Positions 33,652-46,472 of a stretch of 64,000 nucleotides of DNA are shown piece by piece. The notes below the pieces were generated by a model. That model made no database searches. It was not told the DNA's origin and worked only from the letters and a program-made list of their open reading frames with translations. The DNA is from Eledone cirrhosa. Lineage: Eukaryota. The stretch spans positions 248,682,001 to 248,746,000 of the forward strand of contig OZ024743.1 in the NCBI GenBank assembly GCA_964016885.1, written 5' to 3'. Numbering within the stretch: the stretch's first letter is position 1; every line of letters begins with the position of its first letter. Made by a program: the position numbers and the translations under genes.

Positions 33652-34359
33652 CTTGTTCTTATATATATATACACATAGTTCAAGGAAACGACAAGAGGGG
33701 TACAAAAATTATTATTTGTTTCACGCTTTATATGGAAAAGGGGAAGGAAATTTCTACGTGTTGAGCTTTAGCCCTTCTTCAGGAGTGCAAAAATAGAGAT
33801 AGGGTCACAAAGGATGGATACAGAAAATAAAAGGTAGTCCATATATTATTTTTGGCAATGTTATAACAATATGACCCTCCTCAAGTATAACCATATATAT
33901 ATATATATATATATATATACAAACGCACATTACTCATTATTATAGTTGATGATGGTGTATATGTTGTAGGAAAAGAGAATGTATGCATGGTTCCGTAACT
34001 CTTAAAGGAGTCGTAAGGGCGCTGTATTGACATACGGTGTTTCTGGGTCATTTTAAAACCTGGTAGAGCCTATCTCCTCTCCAGATCTGAATACAGCAGC
34101 TTTTTTTCCAGAGAAAGATAGAGAGTGAGAGAAATGTGCTTTGAGATGTGTATAATTAGTGTATATATAGAATGTGTATGTTGTATATAAGTTTTATAAT
34201 TCGGTTTAAGTTATTCACGGTATATTTATTAGCGGTCAGAAGTATTTCTTTAAAAAAGGATTAAAATAATGAATAGGAAAAAATGAAAGGGCGAAGTAAA
34301 TGAGGGAGAAAGAAAAATTAAATAACGAGTAAAGGGAAAACGGAAGAGAAATTCTACGT

Positions 34360-35480
34360 CAGTGGCTGGGTCCCAGGGACAAGATGGGGAAAGTATTGCC
34401 GCAGAGAACAGCCAGCGACATGCGCTGCATCAGCCATTCCACTTCACGGAACTCCTCCAAACGAGATTTTGCGGAGGAAAATGGCCGTCCAGAGACCAAG
34501 GACACCGGGGGTGTTGACAGCAAACAGCATGAAAAGGAAGCGGTCGGTAAAATCCCGTTATTTGGTTATTTTGCGATCCCCTGCGTTACGGATGTTGATG
34601 TCCGGTCTTGATAAGGGCGATGAGGTTAGAACCGTGGAACATGTCGCAGCCTGTGGTGTCTCAAATAAGTGATTTACCCACTAAACAGGAAAATGGTTAT
34701 TCCGTCTGGTTGCTTCAGATGACATCGTTCAAGGCGTCATGTCGAACGAACCGGTCTGCATTGTGCCGACAAGAAAGCGGATGTAGTCCGAACTCGCCAA
34801 CCTTAGCTCCAGAGCGGCATTTCTGTGTCAGAAGCCATTAGGCTAGGACACTCTAATGCGACTACATTCATCATCAAAAAGAGCATCAGTTGATGAAGAG
34901 GGCACCAAATTGAACCACGCATCGTTGTTTGGCTGCGAGGTTGGCGAGAATGTGTTGGTCCAGTGAAGACTCGATCTTCGTGCAGGTTGAACTGAGTTTG
35001 ATGTCATGCAGCCAGGGCTGACTCAGTTCCCGATTCACATTGAGTTCCGACAATTTGCAGATAACCTCGTTGATAATCTCGTTAGAGTTGGTGGATGACA
35101 GGCTAGTCGGCAACGCCTGGTTCGATGTTGAGTGGAGGCCGCTGAGATGCACGGGTGATTTGCCTATTGCCAGCTGGTGTCGTCGAAATTTACATTGCAA
35201 GTAAGTTCGGTGCTGTGACGGCTGATGACGTCAAGTCCGCTGAGGCGTCCCGCGTAAAGATGACAAGGCTCACTGCGCAACGAAGAGAAGTTTGACACGG
35301 GATGTACATCGATGAGGCGCAATCTCTCCATCATCATCACCAAGTCAATTTATTTGACCTCATATGGTTTTCGAGAAGATTGGAAAGCGAAGAATGTGGG
35401 TATTAACCTTCGGAGTAACTTCTACCTCAGTCAAAACGGACCGAATGCTGTGAACGGCGCCATCATATTGAGTTTCATAT
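34360..35480 (-). mobile_element. Degenerate CRE-clade non-LTR element, another subfamily
   Basis: Minus strand RHDALNDVI, FAVNTPGVLG, REVEWLMQRMSLAVLCGN; 5' boundary approximate. Confidence 0.7.
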
Positions 35481-37254
35481 CAGTCAAAGTGTTTATGAGT
35501 ATGTTATCAAAATGTGTGTGTGCTGTCAAGTTGTGTGTGTATGTGCTGTCAAATCGTGTATGTGTATGTATGCTATCAAATCGTGTGTAAATGTATCTGT
35601 ATGCTGTCAAATTGAATGCACATCTCTTTGTGTGAGTATGTTATTAACCCCCATCTCTCTCCCCATCTCTCTCCCCCTCTCCCTCGTCAAATTGTGTGCA
35701 TCTGTGTGTGTGTCATAATGTGTATGTTGTCAAATTGCGTATATGTATGTAGTCAAGTTGTGTGAGCCTGTATGTGTTAGTTTCATTGTGTATGTTGTCA
35801 AATTACGTATGTGTATATGTTCATACTTTGTGTGTATGCTTCTGTATTTGAGCTTCACTGTATGTTAGGATTTGGGTATATATGTGTGTTGTTAATTTGT
35901 AAGTGAGTGTATGTGTCACTATGGGTGTCTATGCTTGTGTGCATATGTGTTAGTGTGTGACGGTGTCTGTGTGGGTGTGGGTGTATACGTGTACAATTTG
36001 TCCTTGTCGAAACCGAAGATTTTCTTCGATTAAAATAATTGGGTTTACCTGCAAGGTTAAAGCAGTTCGTCTGCTCTGACATGTCATGTAATAACAATTG
36101 ATTGTTTGTTAATTGATTGATTGGTTCACTGATCGATCTATCGATCAATGAACCAATGTCACAGAAAATAAATGAAAATAAACAAAGAGAAAGAGCGAAA
36201 GTATACAGGAAAATATAGAAATAGTTGTCACTTACTTTGTATAATTGAACTCTTTTTCTTTAATAAATCTCTATTATATTTTATTTATATAATATAATTT
36301 GTTAAAATCTTTTCCTTCTGTCGTTTTTCTATAAATATTTCTTGCGGCTTGTTACTTTTACTGAACCACACAAGTAATTTTCCAAGTTTTCTCGATCTTT
36401 CGTTCAATATCGGTCGAAAAAATTGATTGATTGATTATCATTATTGTTATTATTATTTTTATTTTTATTATTATTGTTGTTGTTTTTGGTGTTATTCAGT
36501 AGTTGTTGGTCAGTATTTTCATAAATAAAATACGTATCGCCACTTGATAAGTAATTAGTTATTCCTCGTTAAACGTTTGTTATGTCTTTTTTCATTTATT
36601 GTGGTTATTGTGTTTTGTTTGTGTACATGTTTTTAACACCGCGAATTTTCATTGATAAATATCACAAGATACTGTTGTCGATTAAATGTAATTCGTTTCA
36701 GTTCCACGCCCTTCGAAATTCATTAGTTTGTTTTCCTTATAATCTTTCTTTATTTTTCTCTTTTTGTCGCTCCCTATTTTGTTGTTCTCGAAAGACCACC
36801 ACTTTTGTGAGATTTTTTTTTCTTTTTCGGAGCTGTACGAAAGTCCTAGGCAAGCACACCAATCAGTAGACCGGCGGCGTAGTCATTGAGAGAAAGACAA
36901 AGTAGAACTCACACACATACACACAGATATATAGTGCAAGAGAGAGACATTTAAATATATAGTAAAGAGAGAGTGAGAGTGATAATGAGAGAGCGAGAGA
37001 AGGAAAGGTTTGTGAGAGAGAAGGACGGGCAAGAGTTGAACGATAACTTCGATTCTAATGTTTATATTCCGTTCAGTGAACAACACCCACCTACATGTGT
37101 GCTTACTCAAGATGTTACTACTAGCTGGAATGCTGGGTATGCTTGTTGGCCTAAACGGTTGCGTAGGTTTGCATGCTCTTCACAGAATGACCAAGCACCA
37201 TCTAATATACATATATTCTGACTGTGTTCGATCAGATAGTGCGCATATATATTA

Positions 37255-37464
37255 TTTTATTCTTTTACTGGTTTCAGCCATTAAGCTGCGGCTATGCTGG
37301 GGAACCGCCTTAAAGAGATTTTAGTTGATCATATCGACTTCACTACTTTTCTTTCAAATCTCCTACTTATTTTATCGATCTTTCTTGTCGAAGCCCTTTT
37401 CTACGGGTAATAAACACAGATAGACGGATGGAGGACATACACCCACACACAGATATATACAATC

Positions 37465-37515
<51 letters not shown>

Positions 37516-37672
37516 CGCGCGCGCGCGACAGGCTTTTGCATTTTCCGTTTACCAAATTCCACTTACAAAACATTGGTCAACCCGAGGCTAGTAGAAGACA
37601 CTTGCCCAAAGTGCCGCACAGTGGAACTGAACCAGGAACAAAGGGGCTACAAAACGATCTTTTTAACCACAC
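37255..37672 (-). mobile_element. SINE with internal (CA/GT)n
   Basis: GACACTTGCCCAAAGTGCCGCACAGTGGAACTGAACC (CORE-like, B-box complement) and GCTGCGGCTATGCTGGGGAACCGCC 3' part. Confidence 0.7.
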
Positions 37673-37916
37673 ACACACACACATTATGTATTTACATATA
37701 TATCAGGAGCGGTGGAAGCATTTCTGAGTTGGGGGGGGGGGGGAATTTGGTCAATTTAGTTGTAGTGATTAGTTTAGCTGTTATTATCAACCAAGATATA
37801 AAAAACTGATATGCGATAAGGATAACATGTACATAAATTGTAGCGCATATATATAAATAGATGTGTTTTGGGGAGAAAAATATAGTTATTGGGGGGTGAG
37901 GTATTTCTTGTATTAA

Positions 37917-38368
37917 GCCATGTAGAGTAATAAAACTATTTGTTAGTTATTTAACTATGGCAAAGCCGGCCATTAATCGTTCGTATACATCAAACTGACT
38001 GTCCTGTCTGCTGCTATGCAAATCTGGCTGATCAGTGGGTGTGCTAATATGCAGTTTTGACTGATCAGCCAGTCTGCTAATATGCAAATCAGGCCGATCA
38101 GTCACTGAAAATATATATTTTCACTAGCTCTGACAGTTGGTAAGTAAGCAATATACGGTACTGATGAAGGGTAATTACCCAGAAACAGTGTTTGCTGTTC
38201 TGTTTATATGCCAACACAAGAGCAAGAATGACAGAGTCATTCTACTTACTTGGCTTGAAGAGAGTGTTTGCATAATTGCAAACGAATCAAATTTTATTAT
38301 AAATATACGAAAAGCTCAGATTTACATTTCTTGTATTCAGCCATGTAGAGCAATAAAACTATTTGTTA
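37917..38368 (+). mobile_element. Solo PLE pseudo-LTR-like unit bounded by a 30-bp direct repeat
   Basis: AGCCATGTAGAGYAATAAAACTATTTGTTA at 37917 and 38339; internal hammerhead. Confidence 0.7.
38155..38198 (+). ncRNA. Type-I hammerhead-like motif
   Basis: ACGGUA-CUGAUGA-A-GGGUAAUUACCC-A-GAAAC-AGU-GUU-UGCUGU. Confidence 0.65.
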
Positions 38369-38377
38369 TATATATAT

Positions 38378-38958
38378 ATCATCATCATCATCATTTTACG
38401 TCTGCTATTCCCTGCTTGCAAGGGTGGGATGGGAACTGATTCTGGCTTGATTTCTACAGCTGGATGCTCTTCCTAACACCAACCTCATTTACAGTGAGTG
38501 CTGGGTGCTTTTTTTCCATGGCACCTCCACGACCACTTTGCAGTGGAATAATAGGGCCCCCAGTCCCTATCATCTCATTTCTACAGCTGAGTAAACTGGA
38601 GCAATGTGAAATAAAGTGTCTTGCTCAAGGAAACAACACATCACCTGGTCTGAGAATTGAACTCACAACCTTTCTATTGCAAGCCCAATGCTCTAATCAA
38701 TAAGCCATGTGCCTCCATATATATATATATATGTGTGTGTGTGTGTATAGTGGTAGTGCTGGTGCTACAATAAAACTTACCCAGTACATACCAAGAAGTG
38801 ATTGATGTTAGGAAGGGCATCCAGTTGTAGAAAACCATGCCAGAATGGAATGTATGAGTAAGAAACAATCATTTGGTTGTCTAACCTCAGAATATGACAA
38901 GCCATCTAACCCATGTAAGTATGGGAAGTAGACATAAAATAGCGATGGGGATGATGAT
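38378..38958. mobile_element. Cluster: RTE 3' UTR (minus, 38378-38545), SINE head (minus, 38575-38718), RTE 3' UTR (plus, 38755-38958)
   Basis: TAGGAAGRGCATCCAG motif in both orientations with (GAT)n ends; tRNA-like A/B boxes. Confidence 0.75.
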
Positions 38959-39239
38959 ATATATATATTCATACATACACAGCAGGGACTGCAGAGCTAT
39001 TTTTAGGAGGAGGAGCAGTTAATAAGAAGCACAGGAGTGCCCATACACACATAATATGAGTGAAAGTAGAGAGCAACTTTGCTTTCAAAAATGTTATATT
39101 AAAAACACAGCTGTACTTATTAAGGAATGTCCATATTTCTTTATTAGTTCTATATGCTTAGTTTGGAACAAAAGTCTTCCTAAATCCATGTGTGTATTAA
39201 CATCTATTTAGCTGCCAGTCTACTATCTGTCTGACTGTC

Positions 39240-40550
39240 TCTGGAACCGGGACTGTGGAAAGCGGCGTCGGCCTACGCCGATGACGTGACAGTAATGGTG
39301 TCGAGCACCTCGCAAATCGAGGAAGTCAGCTCTCTACTGAAGGAATATGAAAGGTTCACAGGAGCGAAGCTGAACCGGGACAAGTCCATCGGTTTGCAGC
39401 TCGGATCGTGGAGAGGCAAACCGATGCCTTCCGATGGCATCGTCGGACGCTGGACGAAGGACCGGTGAAGCTGCTCGGGGTCTGGTTTGGTCCGGACCTC
39501 CAGGTGGAGAAGAACTGGAACGAGGTAAACGGCCAAGGTGTTTGCACTCACCCAGAAGTGGGCCGAATGCAAACTATCCTTGAAAGGTCGAGCGGAGGTG
39601 GCAAACACTTTCATAACGTCTGTCATCTACTACCGCTTGACCGTCGTGCCTTGTCCAGCCAAAACGCTCACCAAAATGGAGCGCACGCTCTTCCAATTCC
39701 TTTGGTGAGAAGATCCATCTGCTGCTAACACCCTACTCTAGGCGTAGAGGAAGACGAACTGGACAGTCTGTTCAGTAGGACCTTCTGCCCGGGACCAATG
39801 GACAACTTCCAAAAGTCCCTGGCCTGGCAGTGCTACCGAGGAGCTCTACCAGTTCGAGACAAGCTCTACAGACATGGGCGCCCGGGCAGGGACCCTTCGA
39901 AAAAGATCTGTCCGAGATGCGTGCGAGACGAAGAAACCATCGCACACGCATTCGTACACTGCCCGGGCGTTACCGACCTGTGGAGCTATGTAGAATGACT
40001 ATTGTCACGGGTGGGACCAATCCGGTTGACCACCGAGTCCATTGTCATGATCAAACCGCCACCCTCCTTCAAAAGCGAAGGAGAGGCGGTTTTCCTTTGT
40101 GTGATAGCTACAGCGAAAGAGGTTGTATGGTGGACGAGGTTAACAGGGCTGAGGTCAGACACCTTTCTCTCCAGCCAACAACTGATTCTTTTTTTCAAAT
40201 ACCACTTTGGAAGAAGAATCAGGATGGAGATGGAGGTGCTGTACCCCAGCAAGTTTTATGAAAGGTGGGTGAAAGTGGCGAGAATGGCTCGAGTGAATGG
40301 GCCTTCTCTCTATATCAGCCTGTAGGTTGAGGAAAAATAGGAAGAGAGGAAAGGGGTACTCACTCTTCATACTCCTGGAGATGAGGGTTGCACATTTTTT
40401 CGGGGGTATGTGTTACCCATATGTAATGTCTCCCCCTATTGGGGAAAATCGATTAATTTTTAAATTGCATTTGTGATAGTATTTTACACGTTTTTATTGT
40501 ATGTAAACTTCCCTCTGTGTATTTGTGCCCTTGTGGCTAATAAAGAAACA
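39240..40550 (+). mobile_element. Tx1/L1-clade LINE 3' fragment with internal deletion
   Basis: AYADDVTV, GAKLNRDKS, VKLLGVWFG, CPRC..EETIAHAFVHC; AATAAA near 40540. Confidence 0.85.
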
Positions 40551-40601
40551 TATCTATAGTTATTACCAATGTATCTATCTTCAGACATGAATAACTATAA
40601 C

Positions 40602-40788
40602 TGTTTCTACTTTTTGGCACAAGGCCAGCAATTATCCAGTGCATTACTGGTACTTTATTTTATCGACCCCGTAAGGATGAAAGGCAAAGTTAACCTCGGC
40701 GGGATTTGAACTGAGAATGGCAAGGGCCGTAACTCTATGGGTCAAAGCATGGCGTCCGACCCTCTACCGATACTGCTAATCCACCCCC
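40602..40788 (-). mobile_element. SINE (9135 family) with 16-bp TSD
   Basis: TSD CATGAATAACTATAAC at 40586-40601 and 40789-40804. Confidence 0.92.
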
Positions 40789-40820
40789 CATGAATAACTA
40801 TAACAACAACAAAACACAAA

Positions 40821-40977
40821 TCCCAATAACAGTCAGACAATAGATTGATATGTAAGTAGAACAAAGTCATCAATATTTAGTGGATATATTATAATTAAAG
40901 AAAATATAATACATCCACTAAATATTGATGACTTTGTTCTACTTACATATCAATCTATTCTCTGACTGCTATTGGGA
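40821..40977. repeat. 73-bp inverted repeat with 11-nt spacer
   Basis: TCCCAATAACAGTCAGACAATAG...TGGATATATTATA / TATAATACATCCA...CTATTCTCTGACTGCTATTGGGA. Confidence 0.92.
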
Positions 40978-41069
40978 AAATATTGAAGAAAATGATTGTA
41001 ATTGATTTAAATGAATGTAAAATGAAATAGTGCAATGGCCAGAGTGACAAAAGGGAGAAGGTCAAGGAA

Positions 41070-41335
41070 AACTCTTCTTCTTCACCCACTTATTCCCGAG
41101 AGGGTCATGGGGGCAGAGTCCTCAAACACTCCTTCCAGTGGGTCCTGTCAGAAGCAAGTGTCTCCAACTGATCTGGCTGGATCCCCAAGTGTGACCAGCT
41201 AAACTCATGGATGTTATCCAACCATCTTGCTTGGCCTCTACACCTGGGTCTCTTGCCAGTTGGTTTTACCTGTAAAATCTGCCCAGCAATTCTTTCTGAG
41301 ACACTCTAACCACTTGCCCATAGTATTGGAGGAAA
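41070..41335 (-). mobile_element. RTE LINE 3' end, second RTE family
   Basis: Minus strand LQYYGQV, KPTGKRPR, RWLDNI, LASDR..W; (GAA)n end. Confidence 0.7.
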
Positions 41336-41882
41336 ATGGTATATAAGGAAAACTAGGATTCAAATATCTTTACATAGAATATTGTAATCAAGAAATTATT
41401 AAATAAAATATTTTTTTTACAATAGATTCTGTCATAGAAGAATTCCTTGACTACATTTTATATTAAGATGCTTGAATCCTTGATTCACTTTCACCTCCCT
41501 CTTGTCACTCCAACCATTGCTACATCTCATGTTACATCCATATATATATATTCAGCAAGATACAGATGCTTTCAATCATAGCCTTTCAAAAGACAGCCAA
41601 CTGAACTTCTACTAAAACACTGAATTCAACAGTTTTCCAAGAGATGGCCACCTGAATAGACCTGCATTTTCTCCAAGAAATTTTTTTCATTTCTGCCACT
41701 GCTCACTCTCCTCTACCTTTCTATTTATTCTTTAATTTCCCTATTCTATTTTCTGATTAAAGACTAGTGTCCAAAACGTTAAAACTCTTTTCCTACTATA
41801 TCAAGCATAAAACTAATATATTTTTTCATTGTACTGTATTGTTTGCTTTGTTAGTTCTGTTTACTTTTTGCATATACATATA

Positions 41883-42927
41883 CTAGCTGAGTAGCCCATC
41901 GTTGCTGAGCAATAATCACAATACTATGCCTGTATTTCAATTTTTTTTTATTCCATGTCTCCCCAGAAGGACAGTTACTTTGATGAGGAAGGATTTCTTT
42001 ATTAATTGGGTCTATTTATAATGTTTGTATAAACAATGTTTGTTGTTTTTCCATCTGGTGCATAGATGTAAAGATTTTTCTGACTTTCTACTCTAGAACA
42101 TCCAACGTAAAGCTGACAATGAGTGAAGCAGGGCTCTTCAATGTGTAAACCGGCAAACAAAAATGTTTGTCCTTATGATTTCTTGATGGTCATGGTAAAA
42201 CTAAGACTCACTGGAAATTGAAGCTGCTTGAATTGAAATGGGACATCAGTGGGGATAAGAGGAATTCTTGGAATTAACACACCCTCTCCCCTGTCACATC
42301 CTGTTGAAATGGTGGCTTGAATAACATTTGGATACATATTTTTCACAATCAATCAAGTGCCGGTGCTTAGCCTTGGTGAGTCCAAATTCCTCAATAACAT
42401 GATAGGTGCTTCTTCTTTATTATGAAGGACATGTGGAGGCATTCCTGATGGTTCTAAAGAGTTGAGGTACTGTTGGATAATTGACAGCATCCAACTGTTC
42501 CACAATGGTGTCAACAGATCGGTAGGACTTCGAAACCTTTGGAATTCTTTTTAACAGCTCTTGATTTACCAATTTCACAGTCTGATTTTTCAAGGCCAAT
42601 ATAGTCCTTTCACTGAGCCACTTGTGACTTGCAAACTGATATTCAAGATAACACTTTTTCTATGAGATGGAATAATGATTCCACCATCATGCCTATGGGA
42701 CTTATATCAATAGCTCCCTTGCTATCTACAGGAAGTCTTCCATCCCCAAGCATTAATCTATTCTAGACAAACTGCTCTGATTGATCATCACCACCAAAAT
42801 ATGCCCTCATCTTTGTAATGAGCTTCAAAACTTATATAGAAATCCAAAGTGTCAATTTCTTTCAAATAGGCTCAGATTTGATCAAACCTATTGACCGGGA
42901 GAATTTGTCTAAAATCTCATACTACTG

Positions 42928-42967
<40 letters not shown>

Positions 42968-43630
42968 TATCACTACCACAACTACTACTACCAGCATCAC
43001 CACCACCATTACTATTACTGTTACCACCACAACCACCACTACTACTTCTACTACAACCACCACTACTACTTCTACTACAACCACCACCACTACTCCTACA
43101 ACCACCACCACTACTACTATCACTACCACCATTGCTACCACTACTACCACCACAACCACCACCACTACTACCACTACTGCTACCACTACCACCATCATCA
43201 CTACTACTACTACTACTATTACTACTATTACTACCACCCCACCACTACCACCACTACTACTACCACCACCATCGACATCACCACTACTACACCACCACCA
43301 CCATAGAAGATATAGAAAGAGAGTGAAAGAGTATAGTAAAGATACATACAAAGGGGAAAATCGTAAAATACAGAGAGACACAGATAGATATATAGAGAAA
43401 GAGGTATTCTGACAGTTGTGGATTCTAATGATATTCTATATTGGCGATTTGAAGTTGATTTATATCTCGTAACAATAACATTTTCATAACTAACAACCCT
43501 AAAACATTCTCATTGTGACACAGATTTTGAAAGTGAAAACCGTTTTTCTCTAGGATGCATTATTTCGGAACCTTTGGAAGACATACACAGATACACACAT
43601 ACACACACACACTCTCACTTATAGTATAGA
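41883..43630 (-). mobile_element. Internally deleted Helitron retaining a PIF1-helicase C-terminal remnant (~42020-42860) and a trinucleotide tract
   Basis: A|TC 5' end at 43630, CTAG|T 3' end at 41883; LNSLEPSGMPPH, IMLLRNL, IPRIPLIP, QFPVSLSFTMTI, QLYVGCSRV. Confidence 0.88.
42918..43303. repeat. (CTA)/(CCA) trinucleotide tract
   Basis: Direct. Confidence 0.95.
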
Positions 43631-43635
43631 TATAT

Positions 43636-44260
43636 AAAGGAGTAGGTTGAAACTCAGTTCTGTGTCCCAAATGCAAATTATGGGTACACAAGAGGTGTAG
43701 TGGGAAATCAGGTGGGCTTGCAAAAAACATTGACTTTATATGGTGACATTGCACAGGAGCAGAAAGCAACACCCTCAGGAAACAAGCTCTTTTAAATGCT
43801 CAGATGACCCCATAGAAATAGTCGATAGCTTCTGCTATCTGAGTAACCAAATCAGCAGCAGTGGTGGATGTACAAAAAGTACAGTTGCCAAAGTAATGAC
43901 AGGATGGAAATAGTTTAGGGAGCTGCTGCCATTGCTAGCTACAAAAGGTTTCTCACTCAAGATAAAAGGCAAACTGTATGATGTGAACAGCAATGGAGGC
44001 AACACCTGGGCATTATGCCGAGGATCAACATAGATTGGAAAGAAAGTAAGTCTGCATGTTCCAATGGATGTGTAACAGTAGTGTGCATGAACAAGCATGG
44101 AAAAGAAGGTGTTAAATGCCGATGCTATATATATACACAGCTGTCATCCTTCATACGCATCACATGTCTATACCAACGCTATCTCCTCTCTTGCAAGCAA
44201 CAACTGATCCCTCTTATGCCTAATTTCTCACGCAGTATATTTATACTTTGCCGTTCACGT
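43636..44260. mobile_element. Degenerate RTE fragments (plus 43636-44125, minus 44135-44260)
   Basis: NSVLCPKCKLWVHKRCSG, FCYL, ELLPLLATKGFSL; inverted piece matches 47075-47200. Confidence 0.8.
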
Positions 44261-44273
44261 ATATATATATATA

Positions 44274-45967
44274 TCTCTATATATATAAAATTCTTTGTTC
44301 CTCTGTCTGTTCCTATGCATTCTCAAACGGCTGGACCAAATCAAATCAAATTTTACAAGGTAATAGTATTAAACCCCTGGAGTGTCAACATATAATTTTT
44401 ATTTTCATTTGGATTAAAAAAAATATATTTTATCTAAAATAACATTTCTATAGTGAACTATAGTAACCACAATCACGAGTACGACGAGGCACATTTTGTA
44501 TATGAGTGTGTATGTGGCTGAGTGTGTTTGCGAGTTTGTTACTACGTAAGTTGCATACACATTATCTTCACACACAGATAATTAAACACACACACACACA
44601 CATCTACACATACAGATACATATGTGATGACAGACAGGTGTGCATGAATGTATGTCTGTGTGTATCTGTCTTAGTATATGTATGCGAGTGTATGTGAGAG
44701 TGTGTGTGAGTGTATGTGTGTGTGAGTGTATGTGAGAGTGTATGTGTGTGTGAGTGTATGTTTGATAATTTTTATTTTCCTTTGCATTGAAACAATAGAA
44801 AACAACACACCTTTGTGACATTTTGTATATGAATATGTATGTGTCTGTGAGTGTGTGTGTGTATGAATATGTATGTGTCTGTGAGTGTGTGTGTGTGTGT
44901 ATGAATATGTATGTGTATGTGAGTGTGTGTGTATGAATATGTATGTGTCTGTGAGTGTGTGTGTGTGTGTATGAATATGTATGTGTCTGTGAGTGTGTGT
45001 GTGTGTGTATGAATATGTATGTGTCTGTGAGTGTGTGTGTGTGTGTGTATGAATATGTATGTGTCTGTGAGTGTGTATGTGTGTGTATGAATATGTATGT
45101 GTCTGTGAGTGTGTCTGTATGAATATGTATGTGTCTGTGAGTGTGTGTGTATGAATATGTATGTGTCTGTGAGTGTGTGTGTGTGTGAATATATATGTGT
45201 CTGTGAGTGTGTGTGTATGAATATCTATGTGTCTGTGAGTGTGTGTGTGTGTATATGAATATGTATGTGTCTGTGAGTGTGTGTGTGTATGAATATGTAT
45301 GTGTCTGTGAGTGTGTGTGTGTGTATATGAATATGTATGTGTCTGTGAGTGTGTGTGTGTTTATGAATATGTATGTGTCTGTGAGTGTGTGTGTGTGTAT
45401 GAATATATATGTGTCTGTGAGTGTGTGTGTGCGTGTATATGAATATGTATGTGTCTGTGAGTGTGTGTGTGTGTGTGTGTATATGAATATGTATGTGTCT
45501 GTGAGTGTGTGTGTGTATGAATATGTATGTGTCTGTGAGTGTGTGTGTGTGTATGAATATGTATGTGTCTGTGAGTGTGTGTGCGTTCATTAGGTACATG
45601 ATTGAATACCCACACATCTACACATATGTAGCAACTGACCAAATATGCGTGTGTCTGCGAGAATGTATGTGTGTGTGTGTCTGTCTTAGTATAGGTATAT
45701 GAGAGTGTACGTGTGTGATTGTGTAGCAATAATTTATTCATTTGGACACCAACAAAAAAATACACAATGAATATTGTTTACCTTAAGGTGCTTCAAGATT
45801 GACAGGTTTCCATTTCTAAATTCTATTATCATTACAATTTTGATATTTTTTAATAAAATATAGATAGTGTGAAATAATTATGAGAAAAAAACATATCTTC
45901 ATATTTATTATTTACTAATCTGAGTAAGAACAGCAGTAACCCGGGCAACGCTGGGTAATTCAGCTAC
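44274..45967 (+). mobile_element. Non-autonomous Helitron carrying an internal minisatellite
   Basis: 5' TCTCTATATATATAAAA..CTGTCTGT..AAACGGCTGGACC; 3' CCCGGGCAACGCTGGG hairpin then CTAC (CTAG variant). Confidence 0.7.
44825..45585. repeat. Minisatellite GAATATGTATGTGTCTGTGA(GT)nAT, >20 copies
   Basis: Direct. Confidence 0.95.
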
Positions 45968-45997
45968 TATATCATCATCATCGTTTATATATATATA

Positions 45998-46430
45998 CTA
46001 GCCAAATTACCCGCGCCTTGCTGCATTTCACACATTTTTTGGTAAGAAAATGATGATTGATTTTAAATCAGTGATATAATTTATGGAGAAAAACTCTGAA
46101 TTTCAATATTACTCAATGTAAAATGTAATGCATGAAAAATTGGAAAACATTATTTTTTGTAATATATCAAATCAAAATTACATTATTAAATATTATTCTT
46201 ATTTTGTTTCCTGTAAATAATTTTTTTATTTCATATAAATCGATGGGTAAAAATTTTCAGCAGGGCTTTGTGCTCCCGGGGAACTCTTTGATTAAAATAA
46301 AATATACTTATCCAAGTAACCTGGGCAATGTAGTTTCAGAATATATATGGTTATGTGGGGGTCTATCTCCAAAACCATAGGAGTTTGTGAACAAACAAAC
46401 AGACAGGAACTACAACTTTATATATATATA
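45998..46430 (-). mobile_element. Short non-autonomous Helitron
   Basis: Minus strand TATATAAAGTTG..CTGTCTGTTTGTTTG start; GCAAGGCGCGGGTAATTTGGCTAG|T end. Confidence 0.7.
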
Positions 46431-46441
46431 TATATATATAT

Positions 46442-46443
<2 letters not shown>

Positions 46444-46472
<29 letters not shown>

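Noticed and set aside
33752-33784. Functional hammerhead on minus strand
   Set aside because: CUGAAGA and stem II present but GAAAC is mutated to AACAC; counted only as decayed
42818-43412. Mucin-like poly-Thr or His/Tyr-rich protein
   Set aside because: Trinucleotide tract inside a Helitron
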